Of a stretch of DNA of 55,211 nucleotides, positions 8,740 to 17,891 are shown in pieces (positions within the stretch are counted from its first letter, which is position 1; each line of letters opens with the position of its first letter). The position numbers and the translations under genes were made by a program. Under the pieces are notes generated by a model that saw only the letters and a list, made by a program, of their open reading frames with translations, had not been told where the DNA came from and searched no databases. This DNA is from Minisyncoccia bacterium (GTDB lineage Bacteria > Patescibacteriota > Minisyncoccia > Phycocordibacterales > UBA9973), in assembly GCA_039809265.1 (NCBI GenBank), contig JBDHUR010000004.1, forward strand, positions 1 through 55,211, written 5' to 3'.

Positions 8740-9747
8740 ATGTCTACCTCGCTTTCTATTGGAATTGTCGGTTTGCCAAATGTCGGCAAGTCAACCTTGT
8801 TCAATGCTTTGACGAAAAAAGGCGTGCCGGCAGAAAACTATCCATTTTGCACCATAGATCCGTCTGTGGGTATTGTGCCTGTGCCAGACGAGCGCGTTGG
8901 CAAGCTTTCAGAATTTTCAAAATCCAAAAAAACTATACCGGCGGTAATAGAATTTGTGGACATTGCTGGTCTTGTGGCGGGTGCTTCAAAAGGGGAAGGG
9001 CTTGGCAATAAATTTCTATCAAATATCCGCGAGGTAGATGCGATACTAGAAGTGGTACGTGTGTTTGAAGATGGAGATATTATCCATGTAGCGAACAAAG
9101 TTGACCCATTGGACGATATATCTGTTATAAACTTGGAGCTGATACTTGCCGACTTGGAAACTGTGACCAAGCGCCTTGGTAGCTTGTCAAAAGATGTGAA
9201 GCGCGGAGACAAAGCTGCTATAGCCGAGGAAGCGGTACTTTCGAAAGTAGAGAAAGTTTTGGCAGACTCTCGGCTTGCGACAGCTGCAGAGCTGGATGAA
9301 GAAGAGAAAAAGATAGTTAAGGGCATGAACTTGCTTTCTATGAAGCCCATACTTTATGCGCTAAATGCATCTGAAGTTTCTGAAAATGTAGTAGATAAAG
9401 TAGTACAGAATATTCCGGGTAAATATGTGGTAATAGATGCTGTATTTGAAAAAGGATTTGAGGAAATGATAAAGGCAAGCTATGAATTGCTGGGCTTGGA
9501 AACTTTTTTTACGACAGGAGAAGACGAAACCCGTGCTTGGACTATAGCAAAGCATTCTACTGCGCCTGTTGCTGGTACTGCTATACATACGGATTTTCGC
9601 GACAAATTCATCCGTGCCGAAGTTGTAAACTGGCAAGAACTTATCTCTGCTGGCAGCTACGCTGATGCCCGCGCCAAAGGCAAAGTCCGCACAGAAGGCA
9701 AGGAATACGTCGTAAAAGATGGAGATGTAATTGAGTTTAGAATATAA
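8740..9747 (+). CDS. ychF: Redox-regulated ATPase YchF
   Basis: GIVGLPNVGKSTLFNALT; NYPFCTIDP; DIAGLV; TGS C-terminus EGKEYVVKDGDV. Confidence 0.97.
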   Translation: MSTSLSIGIVGLPNVGKSTLFNALTKKGVPAENYPFCTIDPSVGIVPVPDERVGKLSEFSKSKKTIPAVIEFVDIAGLVAGASKGEGLGNKFLSNIREVDAILEVVRVFEDGDIIHVANKVDPLDDISVINLELILADLETVTKRLGSLSKDVKRGDKAAIAEEAVLSKVEKVLADSRLATAAELDEEEKKIVKGMNLLSMKPILYALNASEVSENVVDKVVQNIPGKYVVIDAVFEKGFEEMIKASYELLGLETFFTTGEDETRAWTIAKHSTAPVAGTAIHTDFRDKFIRAEVVNWQELISAGSYADARAKGKVRTEGKEYVVKDGDVIEFRI

Positions 9748-9790
9748 AAAAGCCCAACCAAATTAGTCGGACTTTTCCTTTCTGTTTGTA

Positions 9791-10363
9791 TCATTTCTCA
9801 TCCCCTTTCTCCCTTATGAAAAGGTAGTAGCGGTTTGTGGTTTCTTTGGCAAAGATTGCTGTTATAGCCCAGAGCTTGCCGCTATTAGCGTCTGATACAA
9901 CCATAGGATATTCATCTGGCATATCTTCTTGTTCTCTGGTACTTGCTACATTTTCTAGCTCAGTCAAGAGCTGCGGATACTCTAATGCAAATGTCACAAG
10001 CTCTTGCACGGTTGCTGGACGTAAGCCAATGTCTGCCATTTCTTCGGTGATTTCTGGTATCGAATAATCTGTTGTCAATGATCTTACCACTACGATATTA
10101 ACAGAGAATCGGGAGATACTTTTAGGAAAATAAATTTGCCTAAATTTAATTCCATGTATTGTTCCATCTACATCTAAAGTAAAAGTTCTCCCGTCCCTGG
10201 CTTTAGATGCCAAGAGGTCGTCTATACTTTTACTAAGGTCCATAGACATTGTCATGATGGGGTTCAGTACAAACTTGTTGTTGGGCAGGCGCTTCTGTTG
10301 AGCGTATGCATTGCCGGCAGTGAAAATGGCCACCGCAAGACAAAAGGCTGAAATTTTCTTCAT
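9791..10363 (-). CDS. Secreted hypothetical protein resembling a CPR C-type-lectin-like DGR target family
   Basis: Signal peptide MKKISAFCLAVAIFTAGNAYA; motif EEMADIGLRPATVQELVTFALEYPQL; own promoter TTGACA-17-TAGTAT at 10424-10396. Confidence 0.6.
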   Translation of the reverse strand: MKKISAFCLAVAIFTAGNAYAQQKRLPNNKFVLNPIMTMSMDLSKSIDDLLASKARDGRTFTLDVDGTIHGIKFRQIYFPKSISRFSVNIVVVRSLTTDYSIPEITEEMADIGLRPATVQELVTFALEYPQLLTELENVASTREQEDMPDEYPMVVSDANSGKLWAITAIFAKETTNRYYLFIREKGDEK

Positions 10364-10433
10364 TTTTATAGATTTTTAAAATATGTTTAGTAGGCATACT
10401 ATCATATGGTGGGTATGTTGTCAATAGGAAAAC

Positions 10434-10467
10434 AAAAAGCCCTCACAAGTTTTTATTTGCGAGGGCT
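10434..10467 (-). terminator. Intrinsic terminator
   Basis: Minus strand AGCCCTCGCA/TGTGAGGGCT stem followed by a T-run. Confidence 0.7.
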
Positions 10468-10494
10468 TAAGCACATAACGCTGTTTCTAATTTA

Positions 10495-10566
10495 TCAGTT
10501 CATAGCTTGCCACACAGAGGTATCTGTATTCACGAGCAAGGCAAACATTAAGATGCTTTTATTCAT
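10495..10566 (-). CDS. Candidate 23-aa small peptide (or sRNA) in its own transcription unit
   Basis: MNKSILMFALLVNTDTSVWQAMN*; upstream TTGACT-17-TACAAT (10620-10592) and A-rich leader; downstream terminator. Confidence 0.4.
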   Translation of the reverse strand: MNKSILMFALLVNTDTSVWQAMN

Positions 10567-10679
10567 TGTTATGTTTTTAATATTTAGTGGTATTGTATCA
10601 TATAATAAATAAAAAGTCAAGTGCTAAAACCTTATAAAATACAAGGGGAAACAGTCACTTTGTGGTAGATTTAGTTTGT

Positions 10680-11240
10680 ATGCAAAAGGTTATAGAAGTG
10701 CTGAAAAACGGCGGAGCAGGGGTTCTACCCACAGATACCCTCTATGGAGTGGTGGCCTCGGCCTTCTCTGAAGAAGCTATAAGCAGGATTTATAGCCTGA
10801 AAGGGAGGGATGAAAACAAGCCTTTTATCATCCTTATTTCTTCCATAAATGATCTGGGTAAGTTTGGGGTGAAGCTTTCAGAGAAACAAAAGAAATTCTT
10901 GAAAAGTGTTTGGCCAGGCAGGGTGAGCGTAGTGCTGAAATGCGCTCTGAAAAAGTTTGAATATTTACACCGAGGAGGCAAAACGCTGGCATTTCGTTTG
11001 CCAGCCGATGATGCCTTGATAGGTCTCTTGTCAAAAACTGGCCCGCTGGTTGCTCCGTCTGCAAACCCGCAGGGAATGCCGCCGGCCGCCACTGCCACAG
11101 CGGCCAAGAATTATTTTGGCAAAAAACTTGATTTCTATATAAGTGGCGGCCGGCGTGAAGGCTTACCTTCCATGGTTGTGTCTTTGGTGGGCAAGGAGCC
11201 GAGGATACTTCGCGGAGCGCTGCTTTCTCTGAAAAGCTAG
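10680..11240 (+). CDS. tsaC: L-threonylcarbamoyladenylate synthase (Sua5/YrdC/TsaC)
   Basis: PTDTLYG; KGRDENKP; APSANP; start moved to ATG 10680. Confidence 0.92.
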   Translation: MQKVIEVLKNGGAGVLPTDTLYGVVASAFSEEAISRIYSLKGRDENKPFIILISSINDLGKFGVKLSEKQKKFLKSVWPGRVSVVLKCALKKFEYLHRGGKTLAFRLPADDALIGLLSKTGPLVAPSANPQGMPPAATATAAKNYFGKKLDFYISGGRREGLPSMVVSLVGKEPRILRGALLSLKS

Positions 11241-11241
11241 C

Positions 11242-11270
11242 TTGACAAGTGTATTTGTATATGATACACT
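11242..11270 (+). promoter_or_regulatory. Sigma70-type promoter
   Basis: TTGACA-17-TACACT with TGn extension. Confidence 0.7.
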
Positions 11271-11301
11271 CTAGAACAGAAATTCAAAACAAAATAACAA
11301 T

Positions 11302-11532
11302 ATGATGCAAACAGTAATAAGTTTATTCAAAGTAGACAAAGACGGCAGTATGCTGGTGGTAACGGCAGATGCAGGTTTCTTTGCGGATAAAGACGGCAAC
11401 TTCATATCGGAAGTTGGATATATAAAAAACGCAAATCTTCTGCAGCGTATAGCTCAGAAATTACAGCCCCTCTTGCCGCAGAACATCCCCCTTGTCATAT
11501 CACAGCGCATAGCACTTTGCTATGTAAGCTAA
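11302..11532 (+). CDS. Small hypothetical protein
   Basis: 76-aa ORF with its own promoter and A-rich leader. Confidence 0.55.
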   Translation: MMQTVISLFKVDKDGSMLVVTADAGFFADKDGNFISEVGYIKNANLLQRIAQKLQPLLPQNIPLVISQRIALCYVS

Positions 11533-11576
11533 TTTTTAAAGTTTAAATTGTAAGTCGTCAGAACAATTCTGGCGGC

Positions 11577-12146
11577 TTATTTTTTTGTCGTCTTTCGCGT
11601 AGCAGCTTTTCTCTTGCTATCTTTCAGCATCTGCACTTCTTGGATAAGCTCGGCAAGCTTGTCATGTATGTGGGACATTAGCGCTTCGTCTCTAGCTTTG
11701 TCTTCTTTTTCATAAGTTCCAACATCTTCAGTTATATCTTCCACGTCTTCGTTTATGTCTTCCACATCTTCTTGTATCTCGTCTATATCTTTTTCTATAC
11801 CTTCCACGTCCTCCTGGATTTCCTCCACGTCCTCTTGTATTTCTTCCACATCTTCTTGTATTTCTACAATGTCTTCTGAAACTTCGCGCAATCTCTTGGC
11901 CTGCCTGTTTACGGACATTTGGATAAAAATGGAAAGATAGATAGCTTCCAAAGAAACTATGGTGGTAAGTATGAGCAATACTTTATCAAATCCGACACCA
12001 GATATGGCGAGAAGCATCATGACCACAAAAAACACCGTGTGTGCTATGAGCGAGCGTGTGGAGCCTACCCACCTAGTTAGCACTACAGAGAGTTTCTCTA
12101 TATCTGTAGGCGGGCGTTTTGTTGTGATTTTTCTTTTTGGAGTCAT
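11577..12146 (-). CDS. DUF1003-like membrane protein with acidic heptad coiled coil
   Basis: WVGS...H.VFF; LTTIVSLEAIYLSIFIQMSVNRQ; (EDVEEIQ)n. Confidence 0.8.
   Translation of the reverse strand: MTPKRKITTKRPPTDIEKLSVVLTRWVGSTRSLIAHTVFFVVMMLLAISGVGFDKVLLILTTIVSLEAIYLSIFIQMSVNRQAKRLREVSEDIVEIQEDVEEIQEDVEEIQEDVEGIEKDIDEIQEDVEDINEDVEDITEDVGTYEKEDKARDEALMSHIHDKLAELIQEVQMLKDSKRKAATRKTTKK
11715..11880 (-). repeat. Degenerate 21-nt tandem repeat encoding acidic heptads
   Basis: About 7 units: EDIVEIQ EDVEEIQ EDVEEIQ EDVEGIE KDIDEIQ EDVEDIN EDVEDIT. Confidence 0.8.
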
Positions 12147-12212
12147 ATATTTTACTTGTCGTTCGTTTAGTATACTATATAAGTATTATCAGTTCATGTG
12201 AATATCAAATAT

Positions 12213-13250
12213 ATGGATCAACATAAACCATCTTTGACACCCAAGTTTTTCTTCCTTTCATTGGGAGTGCTTGTTACGCTTATCACCACTGTCGCATCAT
12301 TTCTTAGTCTGGTATTTGAGACGCTGGATAAGAAATTCCCAGATGCTTTGAATGCAGTGTACCAGTACGGATACAACACATACGACTATGCAAGCATGCG
12401 CAGTGCTTTGGCGACACTTATCATAATCTTCCCGCTATTTCTGGTGCTCTCATACTTTTGGACAAAGAGCATCCGCGCCGAGTTAGGCAGGGCAGATGAG
12501 ACTATAAAAAAGTGGATGCTTTACCTGGTTATCTTTTTGTCTGGACTTGTGGTTGCCATAGACTTGGTGACGCTGGTACGATACTTTGTTTCCGGAGAGA
12601 TAACTACGCGCTTCACACTGAAGGTAGCAGCGACACTTGTGGTGGCGCTTGTAGTCGGTGTTTACTACATATATGAACTTCGCGGCAAGAGCAAGATATA
12701 TGGCTTCAAAATCGGTCCGTATATGGCAGTGAAGTCCAGTATCCTGGTCTTGGCACTAGTCGTTTTTGCTTTTTCTGTCATGGGTTCTCCTGTAAAGCAG
12801 CGCGCATACCGGCTGGATGACAGACGCGTGCAAGATTTGCAAAGCATACAGTGGCAAGTTATTTCTTTCTGGCAGCAAAAAGAAAAATTGCCAAATGGCT
12901 TGGACGATCTGAAAAATCCAATATCCGGCTGGAGTATCCCCGTAGATCCGGAATTCCAAAAAGGCACGACCTACGAATATGAAAAAACAGGGGACTTGTC
13001 TTTCAAACTTTGTGCAACATTTGCCGAGCCGATGCCGGATGGATGGAGCGAGTACAAGGGCGGAGGTGTGATGCCGATGATGTTTAGTGAAACCGGGCGC
13101 GATGCAGCCGTGTCTTCTATAGCTCCATACCCAGGCGGTGGGGTAAATGAGTCTTGGGATCATCAAGCAGGCAGGACTTGTTATGATAGAACTATAGATA
13201 AAGATATTTATCCCCCATATCCAAAAGCAGAACCAGCGAAAGCAATTTAA
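12213..13250 (+). CDS. DUF5671-like multi-pass membrane protein with pilin-like C-terminal domain
   Basis: Several TM helices; RLDDRRVQDLQSIQ...LPNGLDDL...DPE...YEY...FKLCATF; ATG 12213 preferred over GTG 12198. Confidence 0.7.
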   Translation: MDQHKPSLTPKFFFLSLGVLVTLITTVASFLSLVFETLDKKFPDALNAVYQYGYNTYDYASMRSALATLIIIFPLFLVLSYFWTKSIRAELGRADETIKKWMLYLVIFLSGLVVAIDLVTLVRYFVSGEITTRFTLKVAATLVVALVVGVYYIYELRGKSKIYGFKIGPYMAVKSSILVLALVVFAFSVMGSPVKQRAYRLDDRRVQDLQSIQWQVISFWQQKEKLPNGLDDLKNPISGWSIPVDPEFQKGTTYEYEKTGDLSFKLCATFAEPMPDGWSEYKGGGVMPMMFSETGRDAAVSSIAPYPGGGVNESWDHQAGRTCYDRTIDKDIYPPYPKAEPAKAI

Positions 13251-13252
13251 AG

Positions 13253-13283
13253 AAAAGCCCGCGAGATTCTCCGCGGGCTTTTT
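13253..13283 (+). terminator. Intrinsic terminator
   Basis: AAAAGCCCGCG/CGCGGGCTTTT. Confidence 0.8.
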
Positions 13284-13326
13284 CGTTTATTTTCTGTTAT
13301 TATGCAAGGATAATAATGCAAAGTAT

Positions 13327-16119
13327 ATGGAAAAATACGACCATAAAAAAATAGAGAAGAAATGGCAGGAGAAGTGGCGGGAAGATGGGATATATCGTAT
13401 CTCGGACAACGCGGATGAGAAGAAAAATTTCTATCAGCTTGTTGAGTTTAGCTATCCGTCTGGAAATCTGCATACCGGACATTGGTACGCGTTTGCAGTG
13501 CCTGATATCCATGCTCGCTTCAAGAGAATGAATGGCTACAATGTACTTTATCCAATGGGGTTTGATGCGTTCGGGCTTCCTGCGGAAAATGCAGCGATCA
13601 AAAACGGTGGTGATCCTGCTGAGTGGACAGAGCGCCAGATGGAAGCAATGCGCACGCAGCTGTGCAGTATGGGTGCGATGTTCGATTGGTCGCGCGAGGT
13701 GATCACGTGCAATCCCGAATACTACAAATGGACGCAGTGGATGTTTAACCAATTTTTAAAGCATGACCTCGTATACCGCGCTATCACGATGGTGAACTGG
13801 TGTCCGAAGGATCAAACCATTCTTGCAAACGAGCAAGTGGTCGACGGATGCTGCGAACGCTGCGGTACGCCGGTCGTGCAGCGCGAGCAGCCGCAATGGA
13901 TGCTCCGTATTACAAAGTATGCAGACCGACTTATCGATGATCTCGATACACTCGACTGGCCTGAGCAGATCAAAGCTGCACAGCGCAACTGGATCGGACG
14001 AAGCGAGGGAAGCGAGATAGAATTTAAAATAGACGGAACACAAGAAAAAATTAAAGTATTTACCACGCGTGCTGATACGCTCTTTGGAGTAACATATGTC
14101 GTGCTTGCGCCGGAGCATGAATTAGTTGAAAGTTTAAAGTCGAAAGTTGAAAGTGAAGAAAACAGAAAAGAAATAGAAGCATACATTGAACAAACAAAAC
14201 ACAAGCTCGAACTTGAACGCCAGCAGTCCAAAGAAAAAACAGGTGTCGAGCTCAAGGGCATCAAAGCGATCAACCCCGCGAACGGCGAAGCAGTACCCAT
14301 CTGGATTGCGGATTATGTGCTTGCAAATTACGGCACTGGCGCCGTTATGGCTGTTCCCGCACACGACGAAAGAGATTTTGAGTTTGCACAAAAATACAAT
14401 TTACCTATAAAAACAGTTGTTGTTTCAAATTACGAACCAATAACAAGAGTTACAGCGCTTTTAGTAAATAAAGATAAAGATCTCATTTTGCAATTATGGA
14501 ATAAAGAAGATGGTAAAAAACTTATTGGAAGATTTGGCGGCCATGTAGAAATAGGAGAGAATATTTTTGAAACGCTTAAAAGAGAAATGAAGGAAGAAAT
14601 TGAATTAGATATCAATAAACATTCATATTATTTTGCAGATTATTTAGATACGCATAAAGATGAAGGCGATATTTTGTTTGTTATTGAAGGTGTAGATGTA
14701 AGTACATTAAAACAGCATGAAGGACATGAAATAATTGAATTGCAAAAATATCTTCCAAATACTGAAGGATTATCTGAAAATACATTGAATGCTTGGAAAA
14801 AATATACAAGTAATTTATATAAAGCAGATGTAAGAGAAGGTATTCTTGTTAATTCGAGTCGGTTTGATGGATTATCTTCCGAAGAAGCACGCGTCAAAAT
14901 CACCGAATTCGTCGGTGGAAAATTGGTCAAAGCCTATCGATTGCGCGATTGGGGAATTTCGCGGCAGCGATACTGGGGCTGTCCCATACCTATTGTCTAT
15001 GATCCAGAAGGTACTGCGCATCCAGTGCCTGACGAACATTTTCCGTGGCTCTTACCGACCGATGTAGACCACACGCCCGATGGCACAGCGCCGCTTGCCC
15101 GCAGCCGCGAGCTTTTTGAGCGCACCGAAAAAATCTTTGGCAAAGGTTGGACACCGGAAGTTGAGACGATGGATACATTCGTAGATTCGTCGTGGTACTT
15201 CTATCGCTATTTGGATAACAAAAACAGTGAAGTCTTTGCAGCAACGGAAAAAATAAACGCGTGGATGCCAGTTGATTTTTATATTGGTGGAGCAGAACAT
15301 ACAACGATGCACTTGCTATATTCACGATTTTGGAATAAGGTGCTGCTTGATCTTGGTTTGGTAACTCAAAACGAACCTTATACAAAACGCATAAATCACG
15401 GAATTATTCTTGGCCCTGATGGAAACAAGATGTCAAAGTCAAAAGGAAACGTGGTTGATCCTGATGCAATTGTAGCTCAGCTCGGCGCTGATACAGTACG
15501 CCTCTATTTGGCATTTATGGGGCCGTATGAAGGCGGGAATTATCCATGGGATCCGAATGGCGTAGTCGGTGTACGCAGATTTTTGGAGCGTGTATGGAAA
15601 TTGAAAGAAAAAATTGATCCTGAGAAAAAAGTGTGCAAGACAGATCCGCTCGTGCATAAAACAATCAAAGGGGTTGGAGAAGATATTGAGCAATTCAAAT
15701 TCAACACTGCAATTTCAAAAATGATGATACTTTTGAACGCGCTTGAGAAAGAAGAAAAAATCGTGCTTGGTTCGTACAAAATACTTTTAAAACTTCTCGC
15801 GCCGTTTGCGCCGCATATTACAGAAGAATTGTGGCATGAACTGAGCGGCCTTTCGACAAGTGGGGAGCAGGTAGATAGCATTCATCTTACAAGTTGGCCG
15901 GAATATAACGAGACGAAAATTGTAGAAGAAAATATAAATGTTGCCGTTCAGGTCAATGGCAGGGTGCGCGCAGAGATTGTATTCTCGGCAGATGCTTCTG
16001 AAGATGAGATCAAATCAAAGGCTATGGAGCATGAAATGGTAAAGAAGTGGACAGAGGGTAAAGTGGTGAAGCGGGTGGTGTATGTGAAGGGCAGACTTGT
16101 TAACATTGTTGCCTCATAA
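13327..16119 (+). CDS. leuS: Leucine--tRNA ligase with inserted Nudix domain
   Basis: YPSGNLHTGH; GTGAVMAVPAHD; KMSKS; Nudix box at about 14536-14604. Confidence 0.97.
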   Translation: MEKYDHKKIEKKWQEKWREDGIYRISDNADEKKNFYQLVEFSYPSGNLHTGHWYAFAVPDIHARFKRMNGYNVLYPMGFDAFGLPAENAAIKNGGDPAEWTERQMEAMRTQLCSMGAMFDWSREVITCNPEYYKWTQWMFNQFLKHDLVYRAITMVNWCPKDQTILANEQVVDGCCERCGTPVVQREQPQWMLRITKYADRLIDDLDTLDWPEQIKAAQRNWIGRSEGSEIEFKIDGTQEKIKVFTTRADTLFGVTYVVLAPEHELVESLKSKVESEENRKEIEAYIEQTKHKLELERQQSKEKTGVELKGIKAINPANGEAVPIWIADYVLANYGTGAVMAVPAHDERDFEFAQKYNLPIKTVVVSNYEPITRVTALLVNKDKDLILQLWNKEDGKKLIGRFGGHVEIGENIFETLKREMKEEIELDINKHSYYFADYLDTHKDEGDILFVIEGVDVSTLKQHEGHEIIELQKYLPNTEGLSENTLNAWKKYTSNLYKADVREGILVNSSRFDGLSSEEARVKITEFVGGKLVKAYRLRDWGISRQRYWGCPIPIVYDPEGTAHPVPDEHFPWLLPTDVDHTPDGTAPLARSRELFERTEKIFGKGWTPEVETMDTFVDSSWYFYRYLDNKNSEVFAATEKINAWMPVDFYIGGAEHTTMHLLYSRFWNKVLLDLGLVTQNEPYTKRINHGIILGPDGNKMSKSKGNVVDPDAIVAQLGADTVRLYLAFMGPYEGGNYPWDPNGVVGVRRFLERVWKLKEKIDPEKKVCKTDPLVHKTIKGVGEDIEQFKFNTAISKMMILLNALEKEEKIVLGSYKILLKLLAPFAPHITEELWHELSGLSTSGEQVDSIHLTSWPEYNETKIVEENINVAVQVNGRVRAEIVFSADASEDEIKSKAMEHEMVKKWTEGKVVKRVVYVKGRLVNIVAS

Positions 16120-16140
16120 ATTGCGTTATAATATACCTGC

Positions 16141-17835
16141 ATGATAAGGCGTTTCTTTTCAATTCTCAATAAGGAGTTTGGCGGCATAAATGAGGCCGCC
16201 TTTCTTCTGGGCGCTTTTGCTTTATTTTCACAGATACTCGGTCTTTTCCGCGACAGATCTCTGGCGCACTTTGTCGGACCATCTTCAACGCTGGATATTT
16301 ATTACGCAGGTTTTCGTATTCCAGACCTTATATTCAACTCAGTCGCCTCACTGGTTTCCATAACTGTTCTTATTCCATTTTTTATAGAAAAGCTGAACAA
16401 GGACGACAGCGGAGAAGGCGGCGGGCATGCGAGGCACTTTTTCAACGAAGTCTTTACTTCATTTGCTTTTTTTATCACACTAGTCGCGCTTCTTGTTTTT
16501 ATTTTTATGCCAAAGCTGGCGCACTTGGTGGCGCCTGGGTTTGGAGTTTCTGAAATGAAAGACTTGGTGACTATGAGCCGCATCATGCTTTTGTCCCCGA
16601 TATTTCTCGGTATGTCAAATCTCTTCGGTACTGTTACGCAGATATACAAGCGATATTTGGTGTATGCTTTGGCGCCAGTTTTCTATAACCTTGGCATAAT
16701 ATTCGGTATCATTTTCTTGTATCCAAAGTTTGGCAAGTTCGGCTTGGCATATGGTGTGGCTCTGGGCGCTCTTTTACACATGTCTTTGCAAATACCTGTG
16801 CTTTTGCGTAACCACTTTGTGCCGATTATTACCAAGCGCATAAATTTTGCCCATATAAAAAAGGTTTTCCTTTTATCTTTGCCTCGCACACTGGCGCTTT
16901 CTTTGAATAGTTTTGCTATTGCTGCCATAGTTTCTATCGCCTCTACTATCCGCGAAGGTTCTATTTCTCTTTTCAATTTCTCTTACAACCTGCAAGCTGT
17001 GCCGATCTCCATCATAGGTGTTTCGTATTCTGTAGCAGCTTTTCCGATGCTGGCGCATGCATTTTCGTCTGGGCAAATAGAAAATTTTAAAAAGCAGATA
17101 ATAAGTGCTTCAAGACAGATAATCTTTTGGTCATTGCCGATCATATTCTTGTTTATAGTTCTTCGTGCGCAGATAGTGCGTGTGATACTCGGCTCTGGAC
17201 AGTTTTCTTGGAACGACACCAAGCTTACAGCAGCTTCATTAGCGCTCTTTTCTTTATCAGTGCTTGCGCAGAGTTTGATAGTACTTTTTGTGCGCGGCTA
17301 TTATGCAGCAGGCAAGACGCGGAGACCTCTGGTGGTAAACTTAGTCTTTACCGCACTTGAGATAGCTTTTGCCTTTCTTTTTTTGCATCTATTCAGGCAA
17401 TGGGAAGGTTTCCGATTTTTTATAGAATCGCTTTTCCGAGTAGAAGACGTCCCTGGGACAGAGCTGCTCATGCTCCCTCTGGGGTATTCGCTGGGCACTA
17501 TACTAAACTTTTTTGGTCTTTGGTTTTTATTCAAAAAAGATTTCTTGCGAGAGCATACAAACTCGTTGGCCAGAACATTTTTCCAAGTTTTTGCAGGAGC
17601 ATTTTTCATGGGATTTGTCGCATACAAATTCCTGGATATATTTGACAACATTTTCAATATAAATACCTTTTGGGGTATACTCGGGCAAGGATTTTTTGCG
17701 GGGATTGTTGGCATCTTTGCCGGTATCTTTGTCCTTTGGCTTTTGAAAAATCCAGAATTTGAAGAAGTCAAAAAAGCATTTAAGCATAAATTCTGGAGAG
17801 AAAAAGTCATCGTACCGGATCAGAAGGAGCTTTAA
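16141..17835 (+). CDS. murJ: Lipid II flippase MurJ (MviN)
   Basis: SQILGLFRD; AGFRIPD; multi-TM; RGYYA. Confidence 0.9.
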   Translation: MIRRFFSILNKEFGGINEAAFLLGAFALFSQILGLFRDRSLAHFVGPSSTLDIYYAGFRIPDLIFNSVASLVSITVLIPFFIEKLNKDDSGEGGGHARHFFNEVFTSFAFFITLVALLVFIFMPKLAHLVAPGFGVSEMKDLVTMSRIMLLSPIFLGMSNLFGTVTQIYKRYLVYALAPVFYNLGIIFGIIFLYPKFGKFGLAYGVALGALLHMSLQIPVLLRNHFVPIITKRINFAHIKKVFLLSLPRTLALSLNSFAIAAIVSIASTIREGSISLFNFSYNLQAVPISIIGVSYSVAAFPMLAHAFSSGQIENFKKQIISASRQIIFWSLPIIFLFIVLRAQIVRVILGSGQFSWNDTKLTAASLALFSLSVLAQSLIVLFVRGYYAAGKTRRPLVVNLVFTALEIAFAFLFLHLFRQWEGFRFFIESLFRVEDVPGTELLMLPLGYSLGTILNFFGLWFLFKKDFLREHTNSLARTFFQVFAGAFFMGFVAYKFLDIFDNIFNINTFWGILGQGFFAGIVGIFAGIFVLWLLKNPEFEEVKKAFKHKFWREKVIVPDQKEL

Positions 17836-17891
17836 TTCCTGCTCCATAGAACTCTGTAAAATCTGTATTTTGTGGTAGGATGTGGTAACTT

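Noticed and set aside
10406-10612. Plus-strand 68-aa ORF from the track
   Set aside because: It overlaps minus-strand promoters, a terminator and the small ORF, has no initiation signal, and looks like translated intergenic DNA.
13300-13752. Long antisense ORFs in leuS, and similar ones in ychF, rplK, argS, ileS and rpsF
   Set aside because: Shadow frames of well-conserved genes; no independent promoters or motifs.
14422-14835. Intein or intron in leuS (also considered for ileS 44461-45050)
   Set aside because: No splice-junction residues or homing endonuclease motifs; the inserts are in-frame enzyme domains.
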